The position numbers were made by a program, and so were the translations under genes. Shown here one piece after another: positions 18,983 to 28,024 of a DNA stretch of 64,000 nucleotides. Each line of letters starts with the position of its first letter. Positions within the stretch are counted from its first letter, which is position 1. The stretch is from a virus. The notes beneath the pieces were generated by a model, which saw nothing but the letters and a program-made list of their open reading frames with translations, was not told the DNA's origin and searched no databases. Location: positions 32,001 through 96,000 of IMG/VR virus record IMGVR_UViG_3300032308_002775; one strand, 5' to 3'.

Positions 18983-20440
18983 ATGAGCATGATCAAAGTT
19001 ATCCAGCCGAACTCGCAGGACTTCAGCGAGCCGGTGGCGTCGCTGATCAAAATCTCCAGCCACGGCTTGCTGGGCGCCGACCGCGACGCGTTTGTGAAGC
19101 GCGCTGGGCACGAGTTCGCCGAAAAGCTTGAGCAGGTCAAGTTTGCTGCGGACGAGATTCCCGTCCACCTGATCGCCATTGGCGCCACCGAGGACTACGG
19201 CCCGAACCGTAATGCCGACGGGTTCACGCGTGATTGCTGCCGCAAGTATCACCACACGTTTGAGAAGTACGCGAAGTTTTATCGCGACCACCTCAACAAG
19301 AACCCGGCCAAGAGTTACGGCGTTATCAAGGTCGCTGCCTACAACGAGCCGATGAAACGGATTGAGCTGGTCTGCGCGCTGAACGGCTCCAAAGAGGCGG
19401 CCGAGCGCAACGGCGGTCTACTCGCTGACAAGGAAATGGAGAAGCTGGCGCGGGGCGATGATATCGGCGTCTCGATGGCCTGCAAGATCCCATTCGACGT
19501 CTGCTCCGGCTGCGGCAACAAGGCGCGCACCCGGGCCGAGTACTGCGATTCCGTTGAAAACGGCGGCATGTGCAAGGCAGGCGGCCTGAGACACAACCTG
19601 GGGCGGGTCCTCGACGACGGGCACATCCTGCACGCCGACAACCCTAATCCCAGCTTCTTTGATATCTCGCACGTGTTTCGCCCCGCGGACCGAATTGCCT
19701 ACATTTCTGGGCAACTCAAGGCGGCCAGTGCTGGAGTTCTCTCTGGCGCCGCGCTGGCCGAGGAACTGGGCGTTACGGCGCCGAGCGGTTTTGATCGCGA
19801 GCCCGGCGCATCGCTTCGTTTGGCAACGCAGCTCGACGCGCTCGACAAGCTCGCCGCCGCGGAGGCCGCTGCGGCAAGCAACCTCGCTGGTTGGGGCCAG
19901 GTTGCGTTGGCTGCCAACTCCGCGGTTCAGCCGCGCGTCGACTTTGTCCCCTGCGAGCACGTCAAGCTGGCCGAGGCTCTCCGGGCGCTGGCCGACGCGG
20001 GCGTAATCCTTCCGGTCCGCGAGTTCCTGGCGCTCACCGTAAAGTCGGCGGGCGACGAATTAGTTCATGCTGTTACTAGCGCGCTGGACGGCGTCTTCAC
20101 TAAACTAGCGAGTGACCCCGATGTTGTCGTGGCGCTCGAAACTAACGCGTATTTCCCGGCTGCTGTTGCTTCTGGCAAGGTTCGCGCGTGGGCGGAGAAA
20201 GTCGCGTTAACGCACAGTATTCTTCCGCAAGCGGTGGAGAAGCGCGCCTATCAGGCCGCGCTACGAAACGCGCAGGTGGGTGAGTTAGTTAGGGAGAAGG
20301 GCGCCAGTTCGACCTCGGCGGTGGGCCTTGCGCGGCAGTACGCTTTCTATAAGATTGCTGCCTACGCGTCCCTTAGCGAGAAATATGGAAACTGCTGGTT
20401 GACAGCAAACCATTGTGTTCTGCAAAATTATGTCACGTGA
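18983..20440 (+). CDS. prohead (capsid maturation) protease, HK97/herpesvirus-type fold with Cys-rich insert
   Basis: PNRNADGF...YRDHLNK...SYG...VSMACKIPFDVCSGCGN...FFDISHVFRPADRIA; located upstream of the scaffold and capsid genes. ATG 18983 follows the stop at 18981. Confidence 0.75.
   Translation: MSMIKVIQPNSQDFSEPVASLIKISSHGLLGADRDAFVKRAGHEFAEKLEQVKFAADEIPVHLIAIGATEDYGPNRNADGFTRDCCRKYHHTFEKYAKFYRDHLNKNPAKSYGVIKVAAYNEPMKRIELVCALNGSKEAAERNGGLLADKEMEKLARGDDIGVSMACKIPFDVCSGCGNKARTRAEYCDSVENGGMCKAGGLRHNLGRVLDDGHILHADNPNPSFFDISHVFRPADRIAYISGQLKAASAGVLSGAALAEELGVTAPSGFDREPGASLRLATQLDALDKLAAAEAAAASNLAGWGQVALAANSAVQPRVDFVPCEHVKLAEALRALADAGVILPVREFLALTVKSAGDELVHAVTSALDGVFTKLASDPDVVVALETNAYFPAAVASGKVRAWAEKVALTHSILPQAVEKRAYQAALRNAQVGELVREKGASSTSAVGLARQYAFYKIAAYASLSEKYGNCWLTANHCVLQNYVT
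20399..20428 (+). promoter_or_regulatory. candidate sigma70-like promoter for the scaffold/capsid operon
   Basis: TTGACA-N18-CAAAAT in an AT-richer patch at the 3' end of the protease gene. Confidence 0.35.
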
Positions 20441-20485
20441 ACGGAATCCGCGCGCTAAAGCGTGTGGGGCCTAAAGGAGAGAATC

Positions 20486-21796
20486 ATGGCACGGATGCAA
20501 CGATCGCTTTTCGCGCAGCTTAACGCACTGGCTGAAGAGATTTCACAGAACTCTGTGAAGTCCGCCGCTGAGAAGAAGGCGGAAGGCGGCCCCACCCCCG
20601 CGGACCCGGGCGGATACATGGGTGCTTCTTCGCACCCCAGCGCTCACGTCGACAACGACGTGCAGAAAGCCGACACCGGCGCCCGCGCGGCCGAGTACGA
20701 AGCCGACATCAAGAAGCAGCAAGGCGCGCTCGCGGTGGACAACACCCCCGAGCTTCCCTACGAGGGTCGCCAGGACGAGGTGCAGCAGAACATTGGCACC
20801 AACGTCGCGGCCACCGGAGAAGACCCGGCTGCCGAGCACGACTACAAGGGCACGAAGGACGATCCGGGCACCGCGCATCCGGCCAAGACCAACGACGGCG
20901 AGAAGTACAGCTCGGTGACGTTCAAGGAAGCGCGCGACCGCGCGGCCGCCCTGGGCAACGACATTCTTGCCGCGCTGGTTAACGCCAGCACCGAGAAGGC
21001 GGCCGAGATGCCCGCCTTTCTCAAGGACAAGAAAGAAGAGTCCAAGAGCGAGTCCAAGAGCGAGTCCAAGGGCGAGCTGAAGGGCGACCAGCACAAGCTG
21101 GACGTCGATAACGACGGCAAGATCGAGGGCTCGGACCTCAAGGCGCTCCGCGAAGGCAAGGAAGCCGCTTTCAAGGCAGGTTACGACCTGGCCAAGGAGC
21201 TGGGGCTTTCGAAGGAAGCGGCTGAAGCTTCCGTGCGCGAGATCTGCGCCAACACGCTCCGCGAGGCCGACGAAATGGCCGACCTGTTCATCGGTTTTGT
21301 CAGCCAGAAGGCTGCCGCGGCCGACCCGAGCGAAGAGGCCGCTGAGGGCGAGGATCACTCGGCTCCCGGCGACGACGAGTCGGGCGCGAGTCCGATGGGC
21401 GAAGCGGGCGGTGCTCCGGCGGGTCTCGAGGGCATGATGGGCGGCGAGGCCCCGATGCCCGAAGGCGATCCGATGGCCGGTGGCGCTGGCGCTCCGTCTG
21501 AGGACGAAGCGGTCCAGGAGTTGGCCATGGCGCTGGAAGAGCTGGGCATCCCGCCCGAGGCTCTGCTCCAGGCTGTCCAGGGCGGCGCTGGCGCTGCTCC
21601 GATGGGCGCTGGCCCTGAAATGGCACCCGAGATGGCTCCCAAGATGGCTGCTGCGAATGACCTGAAGTCGATCGGCACCGCCGTGCTCAACTTCAAGCGG
21701 AGCGGCAAGTTCCAGGTCAAGGAAGCCCGCACCAAGCGGTCGCGTCAGCTGCGCGACATCATGAAGCAGCACGTCCTGGAACTCGTCAACCGGTAA
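20486..21796 (+). CDS. putative capsid scaffolding/prohead core protein (436 aa)
   Basis: AAGGAG RBS; acidic, low-complexity sequence with many K-x-A motifs; lies between the protease and capsid genes. Confidence 0.65.
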   Translation: MARMQRSLFAQLNALAEEISQNSVKSAAEKKAEGGPTPADPGGYMGASSHPSAHVDNDVQKADTGARAAEYEADIKKQQGALAVDNTPELPYEGRQDEVQQNIGTNVAATGEDPAAEHDYKGTKDDPGTAHPAKTNDGEKYSSVTFKEARDRAAALGNDILAALVNASTEKAAEMPAFLKDKKEESKSESKSESKGELKGDQHKLDVDNDGKIEGSDLKALREGKEAAFKAGYDLAKELGLSKEAAEASVREICANTLREADEMADLFIGFVSQKAAAADPSEEAAEGEDHSAPGDDESGASPMGEAGGAPAGLEGMMGGEAPMPEGDPMAGGAGAPSEDEAVQELAMALEELGIPPEALLQAVQGGAGAAPMGAGPEMAPEMAPKMAAANDLKSIGTAVLNFKRSGKFQVKEARTKRSRQLRDIMKQHVLELVNR

Positions 21797-21817
21797 ATCA
21801 CACGGAGGTTTGAAATC

Positions 21818-22246
21818 ATGTCCAACTGCACCAACCCGCTTGTCCAAAACATCGTCGACTACATCGGTTACTCCGATGCGGCGATGACCAAGGCCGCGGC
21901 GGTTCTCAAGGAGCGCGAGGAGCAGGTCGAAAAGCTTGCCAACCTCATCCCCGAGGCCGTCAAGGTCTGTCTCGAGAACGAGCGGATCGAGCCGCACCAG
22001 AAAGAGGCGCTTGCAAAGGCCCTCGAGAATCCGGTGCGCGCCGTGGAACTCGTGATCAAGCTCGCGGCGCATAAGAACGCTGCCGAGATGGCACGCCTGG
22101 GCACCCCGGTGGCTTCGACGAAGGCCGCCGGTTATGACCCGTCGAACAGCCTGACGAGCGGGTATGTGGGCGCTCGTGATGGCAAGCTCAAGGCCTCGGA
22201 TATCAAACTGTTCCAGGGTCTTGGTCTGAACCCGCCCACTGCCTGA
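21818..22246 (+). CDS. helical head-assembly protein (142 aa)
   Basis: GGAGGT RBS; TKAA/EKLA/KLAA motifs; position in the head module. Confidence 0.6.
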   Translation: MSNCTNPLVQNIVDYIGYSDAAMTKAAAVLKEREEQVEKLANLIPEAVKVCLENERIEPHQKEALAKALENPVRAVELVIKLAAHKNAAEMARLGTPVASTKAAGYDPSNSLTSGYVGARDGKLKASDIKLFQGLGLNPPTA

Positions 22247-22294
22247 TTTCACATGGATCTGTGATTACCACGAAAAAGACATGGAGGTCTTAAC

Positions 22295-22840
22295 ATGGCA
22301 ACTGCTCCCAATCTGATCACTGAGAAGGGGCTCGACGTCAAAAAGGGCTGGTTCCAAATGGCCGCCCTCGACTACGACGCCAAGCTCGCTTCGGCTGTCT
22401 CCTTCGACGTTCCGCGCGGTCGCGTGGTCCACGTCGACTCGGACGGCAACTTCCGCCCTGGTGCGCACAACACCGGCGTTGCGATCTTCCTGCTCAACGG
22501 CTCGGCCGAGGCGGACGTCAGCAACCCCGGCACCACGGCTTCTGGCAACTTCATGCACCGGGCCATCGCCCCGACCGGCAAGATGTCCGGCCTCGTGGCG
22601 ACGGGTGGTTACGAGATTGCGTCGACTGAGTTCGACTCGTCCCGCACCTACACCCCGGGCGATCTGCTCACCGCGACGGCTTCGGATTCGAACGCCACGA
22701 CCGGTGGTCGGATCACGAACCAGTCGGTCACGCAGTTTGTGACGCCGGTGGTCGGCGTTGTGTCGTCCGGTAAGGCCAAGAACCACAACGGGGTCTACGC
22801 GCTGTCCTTCTGGTCGGCGTGGCTCCCGGGCGAAGCCTGA
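22295..22840 (+). CDS. putative capsid decoration/cement protein (181 aa)
   Basis: Small Gly/Thr-rich beta protein (YTPGDLLTA...G...VVGVVS) immediately upstream of the major capsid gene. Confidence 0.55.
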   Translation: MATAPNLITEKGLDVKKGWFQMAALDYDAKLASAVSFDVPRGRVVHVDSDGNFRPGAHNTGVAIFLLNGSAEADVSNPGTTASGNFMHRAIAPTGKMSGLVATGGYEIASTEFDSSRTYTPGDLLTATASDSNATTGGRITNQSVTQFVTPVVGVVSSGKAKNHNGVYALSFWSAWLPGEA

Positions 22841-22880
22841 ATCCATCCTTAGTCACACCCGGAACATGGAGGTTCCTTAA

Positions 22881-23807
22881 ATGCCTACTCAGCAAGAAAT
22901 CCAGCTGCTCAACGAGACCCTCTTCGAGCAGCTCGACACCCCCGGCATGCAGAAGCAGGCCGTTGACGCTGTTAACGACTTCACGCGCACCAAGATGCGT
23001 GAAGACGGGTTCTATCGGCGGATTATGCCGCCGCTCACCATCACCAATGACGAGCTCGACCGCCAGGTCGATACCGACAAGCCGGTGAAGGTGGTCGACA
23101 AGGAACCCGATTCCCCCGCGGCTGTGTCGCTTCCGTTCGCGACGCTCCCGATCAACTTCTACATCCGTGGCCCGCGCTACCGCGTCATGTTTGACCGGAT
23201 CGTGTCGCCCCGCGCTGTGAAGGACGTCGACGAGCTGCGCACCTACGTGATCGACATCCGGCAGGTTCTTTCCGACAACATGATCAAGGACATGTTGGCG
23301 GAAGAGGACTCGAAGTTCATCGCGGCCCTCGACGCCGTCCTCCCGACCCCGGGTGTGGCGAACGTCGCTTCGGGTGCGGTGCAGTACGAGGAAATCCACG
23401 GCGGCATCACGCGTGAGACGATTGTCGACGCGCTGAAGGTCATGCCGCGGACGCCCTCGCACTTCGAGGTCGAGACCTGCCTGGTGAACAACATCACCAT
23501 CAAGGAGCTGCTGAAGTTTGGCCGCGACGAGATGGGTGGTGACTTCTCGCAGGACATCATCAAGAACGGTTGGGCGGAGACCAACTTCCTCAACTGCCGC
23601 TGGATCGTCACGATCAAGCGCGACCTTGTTGACGACGACACGATGTACATGTTCGCGTCGCCCAAGTTCATTGGCAAGAATTACGAGCTCGAGCCGACCA
23701 CGATGTACATCCGTCGTGAGGCTTACATGCTCGAGTACTTCGCCTACAACACGCAGGGCGGCTCGTTCGGTCACACGAACGGCCTGGCCCGCGTGGACTT
23801 CAAGTGA
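22881..23807 (+). CDS. major capsid protein (putative HK97 fold, 308 aa)
   Basis: Size, strongly optimised codons and strong RBS; position after protease/scaffold; REDGFYRRIMPP and IKDMLAEEDSKFI (backbone-helix-like); followed by a strong hairpin. Confidence 0.7.
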   Translation: MPTQQEIQLLNETLFEQLDTPGMQKQAVDAVNDFTRTKMREDGFYRRIMPPLTITNDELDRQVDTDKPVKVVDKEPDSPAAVSLPFATLPINFYIRGPRYRVMFDRIVSPRAVKDVDELRTYVIDIRQVLSDNMIKDMLAEEDSKFIAALDAVLPTPGVANVASGAVQYEEIHGGITRETIVDALKVMPRTPSHFEVETCLVNNITIKELLKFGRDEMGGDFSQDIIKNGWAETNFLNCRWIVTIKRDLVDDDTMYMFASPKFIGKNYELEPTTMYIRREAYMLEYFAYNTQGGSFGHTNGLARVDFK

Positions 23808-23825
23808 TGCCGTGAGACTCGGAAC

Positions 23826-23860
23826 GGGAGGGCGGGCGCCTCGTAAACGCCCGCCCTCCC
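23826..23860 (+). terminator. 13-bp GC hairpin after the capsid gene (no U-tract; terminator or mRNA-stabilising stem)
   Basis: GGGAGGGCGGGCG-N9-CGCCCGCCCTCCC. Confidence 0.55.
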
Positions 23861-23884
23861 CGACCACCCCCAAGGAGAGCACAG

Positions 23885-24280
23885 ATGGATAACGTTAAGG
23901 TTGCGGCTGAGCAGGCTTACAGCACGATCGTGTCGGAACTTGCCGCGCCGTATTTTTTCGAGAAGCTCGCCGCGCACGGCCTGTCGCCGCGTTCGGAGAA
24001 GGAGGCTGCGGACATGTGGACCGCCGCCACCAAGCTTCATGTGCTCTTCACGGCTGAGCGGGAAAAGGCGGCCGCGGCGAGCGCGACGAATCTGGACGCC
24101 GTGAACGAGCGGCTGGACCAGATGCTCGACGCTGCGGGTCTCGGCTCCTCGAACACTGTCGCTGAAAAGTCGGCTGCGTTCTATGGGGCTGCGGACGTTG
24201 CGGCCGAGCAGCCCGAGATTGCAAAGGCGGTTCTGACGCTGCAAGCCGCCGCCTTCGCGGCCTCGCAGCACGCCGAGTGA
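23885..24280 (+). CDS. small K-x-A-rich head protein (131 aa)
   Basis: AAGGAG RBS; VKVA, EKLA, EKEA, EKAA, EKSA. Confidence 0.7.
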   Translation: MDNVKVAAEQAYSTIVSELAAPYFFEKLAAHGLSPRSEKEAADMWTAATKLHVLFTAEREKAAAASATNLDAVNERLDQMLDAAGLGSSNTVAEKSAAFYGAADVAAEQPEIAKAVLTLQAAAFAASQHAE

Positions 24281-24298
24281 AGAGAAACGGAGTAAATC

Positions 24299-24664
24299 AT
24301 GCCCTACGCCCCCATTGCTACTGGTTTGTATACGACGGTTGAGAACACCTCCGGCTCTACCAAGGTGTTCGGCTTCCTCGGCACGCACGGCAAGCGACTT
24401 GACGCCAACGAGACCTACACGGTCCCCGGCGATCTGGTCAGCAAGCTCGGCGCGCTGCGAAGCCAGCGGAAGTTCAAGGCGCTCGAGACCGCGCTGACCG
24501 AGGGCAATCTCAAGATTGTCAGCTCGCCAGCCGTCTACCTCTACGACGCCGACAACGAAGAGACCCGCGAGCTGTCGCTTGCGGCCGGTGTGCTCGGTAC
24601 GGTCGACCCCCAGTGGGATCCGGCTGGTACTGGCACCTCGGATTTCGTTGACAACGACGGTTGA
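24299..24664 (+). CDS. hypothetical virion protein (121 aa)
   Basis: GGAG RBS; optimised codons. Confidence 0.7.
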   Translation: MPYAPIATGLYTTVENTSGSTKVFGFLGTHGKRLDANETYTVPGDLVSKLGALRSQRKFKALETALTEGNLKIVSSPAVYLYDADNEETRELSLAAGVLGTVDPQWDPAGTGTSDFVDNDG

Positions 24665-24690
24665 TCGCGCTCAATCGACGAGCTGTTCAA

Positions 24691-24726
24691 GAGGAAGGCT
24701 GGCTGCATACGCGGCCAGCCTTCTTC
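24691..24726 (+). terminator. 16-bp stem-loop ending the head operon
   Basis: GAGGAAGGCTGGCTGC-ATAC-GCGGCCAGCCTTCTTC (two G.U pairs). Confidence 0.55.
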
Positions 24727-24743
24727 GCTATCGGGAGCGCGCC

Positions 24744-24848
24744 ATGCGCAACTTCTTTGTGCTGATAACCGCCGCGACCCTGGTCTTCTGGCCTGAGATT
24801 GCTGTCGGTGCGGCGGTCGCCTTGATTATTCGTTCATTCATGGAGTGA
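24744..24848 (+). CDS. possible 34-aa membrane peptide
   Basis: GGGAG RBS; MRNFFVLITAATLVFWPEIAVGAAVALIIRSFME. Confidence 0.35.
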   Translation: MRNFFVLITAATLVFWPEIAVGAAVALIIRSFME

Positions 24849-24851
24849 ATC

Positions 24852-25868
24852 ATGGTCGTCATCGCCACGCCGAATCCGTACCCCCAGGTGCCGTATCCCG
24901 AGCCCCAACTCTCCAACGGGCAGCTCAATCCGGTTCCCTGCGCCGGGCAGAACATTGTCAGCGCCCCGATCTCCACGGTGAACGGTGCCCCGGTTTACGG
25001 CCGCATGCGGGCCGTCAACTTCACCCAAGGGCAATGCGGCTTTCTGGACTGGCAGATGCACGACAAGGACGGGCACCCAGTCAATTTGGAGCCCTGCGGC
25101 CTTACGGACGGCTCCCAGAGCGTTGCTGACGCCGATTTCAAGGTCGTCCTGCGGCTCAAGGAGCAGCTCGCGCTGGGCAACGCCAAGCGCCCCCTGGAAG
25201 TCGAGGCGGCCATCGTGGACGCGTCCGAGGGGCGCGTACGGGCCGAGCTGACCAAAGGCATGACCGACCTGCCCGGCGTTTACTACGGCGAGATGGCCCT
25301 GGTGAGCACGCAGGCCGAGGCTGCCGGGCAGCCCTGCGTCATCTTCTCGAACATCTTCTCGGTAATCATCAACCGCGGCACCTTCGCGCCCCAGGGCCAG
25401 GAGGGCGGCCCGCCGTCGATTGCTGAGATTCGCCTGCACCTCCGGGACAGTGCGCCCGGGGAAAGCTACCTGCTCGACAACCTGATGTTCGACGACGCCG
25501 AGATCGCTCTGGCCATCGCCCGGCCAATCATGTACTGGAACGAGACGCCGCCACCCCTGGACGACAACTACAACACCCAGAACTTCCCCTTCCGCTACCA
25601 CTGGCTCGAGGGAATCTGCGCCAACCTGTTCATGATGGTCGCCGAGCAGTTCCGCCGTAACGACTTCCAGTACGCCGCCGCGGGTTTGCAGATCAACGAC
25701 CAGAACAAGTCCCAGGCTTATGAGCAGGCCGGGCAGATGCGCTGGCAGGCCTACCGGGAGTGGGTTCGGGCCACCAAGGCCACGATCAACCTCGAGAGCT
25801 GCTACGGCGAGGTCACGAGCACCTACAAGTACTCGGCCTACACCAGCGGCGCCAGGATGCGCTACTAA
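24852..25868 (+). CDS. putative head-tail adaptor/neck protein with N-terminal BppU/Ig-like domain
   Basis: N-terminal DKDGHPVNL...IVDASEGRV...PGVYYGEM; C-terminal helical IRLHLRD...FDDAEIALAI...WNETPP; position after the capsid gene. Confidence 0.55.
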   Translation: MVVIATPNPYPQVPYPEPQLSNGQLNPVPCAGQNIVSAPISTVNGAPVYGRMRAVNFTQGQCGFLDWQMHDKDGHPVNLEPCGLTDGSQSVADADFKVVLRLKEQLALGNAKRPLEVEAAIVDASEGRVRAELTKGMTDLPGVYYGEMALVSTQAEAAGQPCVIFSNIFSVIINRGTFAPQGQEGGPPSIAEIRLHLRDSAPGESYLLDNLMFDDAEIALAIARPIMYWNETPPPLDDNYNTQNFPFRYHWLEGICANLFMMVAEQFRRNDFQYAAAGLQINDQNKSQAYEQAGQMRWQAYREWVRATKATINLESCYGEVTSTYKYSAYTSGARMRY

Positions 25869-26053
25869 AACGGGCGGGAAACGCGGGCATATTACATGCT
25901 CCCTGGTTTTGCGGTCAGGGGGGCTTCCGAGGCACATTTTGGCGCGGTAGATTCACGCCAATCTGTGAAACGGGGTTAGATATCTTTGGCGGCCCTATTT
26001 TGGGGCGCCGGGGAGCTGGGCACTTTCCCAGTCACCTGCGGAGGAGACCGACC

Positions 26054-26344
26054 ATGCCAGTGGTGATGGTCAACAAAGAAACCCAGATTGCTCTGCGCGC
26101 CATTCGCGACATCAACAAGCGGACGAACGGTCAGCTTGTCGAGAAAGCCGTGGAGAAGGCGCGGGGAGAGACCGTGGAGAGCCTGGGTTTGGGCGAGGCG
26201 CTGGCTCAAGCGATTCGTATCGCCTACGCGCCGTTCGTCATGCTGGCGCCGCCGCCCACGGTGGCGCTGCTCAACGCCTTCATGGCCAAGGTCGATTGGA
26301 ACTATATCGTCGACAACCTTCTGATCCGGCCGGAGCTGAACTAA
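26054..26344 (+). CDS. small helical protein, paralog A (96 aa)
   Basis: GGAGGAG RBS; ends IRIAY...MAKVDWNYI. Confidence 0.7.
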   Translation: MPVVMVNKETQIALRAIRDINKRTNGQLVEKAVEKARGETVESLGLGEALAQAIRIAYAPFVMLAPPPTVALLNAFMAKVDWNYIVDNLLIRPELN

Positions 26345-26631
26345 TGAGCCAAACGGCGCAACTGAATCAGATGAGCACGCTGATCCTAGATTGGATCCGC
26401 AGCATGGACGCCGAGGAAGGCCCCACGCTCCGAGAGGTCACGGAACAGTTCGGCTACGAGGGCGACATCGAGAAGATCGGCGAGTCGATTCGTCTGGCTT
26501 ACATGAGCCTGAACGCCGTGTTCTTGCCCGTGGCGCCGCAGTTCCTGCGCGCCGTCTTCGACGACTGCGTCGCCCAAATCGACTGGGTCGGCATCGCTCG
26601 GCAGCGGATGGCCGAGACCAAAAACGAATGA
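26344..26631 (+). CDS. small helical protein, paralog B (95 aa)
   Basis: TAATG coupling; ends IRLAY...VAQIDWVGI. Confidence 0.7.
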   Translation: MSQTAQLNQMSTLILDWIRSMDAEEGPTLREVTEQFGYEGDIEKIGESIRLAYMSLNAVFLPVAPQFLRAVFDDCVAQIDWVGIARQRMAETKNE

Positions 26632-26636
26632 ACTTC

Positions 26637-26685
26637 AGAAAAGCGTTCGCGCACCGCCCTTCGGGGCGGGCGCGGCGTTTTTCTT
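26637..26685 (+). terminator. intrinsic terminator
   Basis: CCGCCC-TTCG-GGGCGG core with an extended stem and a TTTTTCTT tail. Confidence 0.75.
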
Positions 26686-26716
26686 AGCTATCAGCGCGCC
26701 CAGCTACAATAAGCCT

Positions 26717-28024
26717 ATGTCCAGCTTCAAGCGCTTATTTCCGTTCCGCCAGGTGGCCGTGGATCACATGGTCCGCGGCGTCACCCGGGTCTGGTGGCAG
26801 CTGGAGCGCAACTTTAACGACCCCGGCCCGTACGTCTTCCAGCTCCAGTACGGCAACACGCCGCTCAACGACGCCACGGACTGGCGCAACGTCGGCAGCC
26901 CAGTCACCGACGGCTACGTGGCCTACGACGACGCTTGGCGCGCTGCCGGGACGGACATCGTCACCCATTACCGGGTAACACTGACGACCGAGAAAGATAT
27001 CTATGTCAGCGCCCCGGTGAACTGCTTCGGGGAGCTGGCCGAGCGCGACTGGAACATCGCCCGGGAGATCATCCGCAAGGAGCAGCTGCGCCACAAGTAT
27101 GTCTCGGTCTCGGGCTACCTGATCAAGCCGTTCCGTTTCGGGCGGCCCTGCACCCGCTGCCGCGACCAGCTCACCGGCGAAGTGCTCGATTCCAACTGCC
27201 CGGTCTGCTCGGGAACCGGCTTCGAAGTCGGCTACCACCCGGCTCTGCCGCTGCAATGCTGGGACGTGGCGCCCTATACGATTACTGAGGATCAGGAGAT
27301 TAACTCCCTGGGCACGACCCGCAAAGACCACATGACGCGGGCCCGGGTAATTGGCTTTCCGACGCTCAACACCAACGATATCTGGGTTAACGGCACCTCC
27401 GACGAGCGTTGGATCATCCACAGCATTAAGGTCGCCGCGGCCATTCGGGGCGTGCCGCTGATCTACGAGGTTGAAATGGGTTTGGTGCCCCTAACCAACG
27501 CGATCTACGCGCTGGAAGTGGGCGGCGAGCCTCCGGAGCGCCCAGGCCCGACCCTGCCGATCATTGGTTGCGGCTCCGTGGTGGTCGACCACAATTACGG
27601 CGGCGTCGATAACCTGACTTACCGGGATGCCACCGGCTACAGCATCGTCGGCGCTAACGTCTATGTGTTTCCCAAAGATATCTTTGACGCCGCCTACCCG
27701 GACTTGCCCAACCGAAACCTGGCCGTCGCCGGAACCACGACGCGCGTTAACGGCCGCTGGACTGAGTCGCTACTCCTGAATCCGGGCGACTACGCCGTCC
27801 TGTATGAAAAGCCCGGCGAGTGGGGACCGGACACCGATCTGATTACTGTGGTTCCCGCTGACGCGGAAAGCTCCTTTACCTGGGTGCCGAACATCGCCCT
27901 GGCCGCCGAGGAGGGCAGCTCGATTCCTGACGCCACGCTGGCCACAGAGTCGAGCGAGGCGGTCACCACCGAGACCGAGGAAAAGGTTCGGGCGCCGCTG
28001 GACGACGATTTCTGGGCCTTCTAA
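26717..28024 (+). CDS. putative neck/head-closure protein with CxxC...CxxC motif and C-terminal Ig-like domain
   Basis: PCTRCRD...NCPVCSGTGFEVGY; position between the adaptor and sheath genes. Confidence 0.5.
   Translation: MSSFKRLFPFRQVAVDHMVRGVTRVWWQLERNFNDPGPYVFQLQYGNTPLNDATDWRNVGSPVTDGYVAYDDAWRAAGTDIVTHYRVTLTTEKDIYVSAPVNCFGELAERDWNIAREIIRKEQLRHKYVSVSGYLIKPFRFGRPCTRCRDQLTGEVLDSNCPVCSGTGFEVGYHPALPLQCWDVAPYTITEDQEINSLGTTRKDHMTRARVIGFPTLNTNDIWVNGTSDERWIIHSIKVAAAIRGVPLIYEVEMGLVPLTNAIYALEVGGEPPERPGPTLPIIGCGSVVVDHNYGGVDNLTYRDATGYSIVGANVYVFPKDIFDAAYPDLPNRNLAVAGTTTRVNGRWTESLLLNPGDYAVLYEKPGEWGPDTDLITVVPADAESSFTWVPNIALAAEEGSSIPDATLATESSEAVTTETEEKVRAPLDDDFWAF

Noticed and set aside
25888-25895. CATATTAC as a phiKZ-type early promoter
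   Set aside because: It is a single imperfect occurrence and the RNAP is of a different type; retained only as part of a candidate leader.
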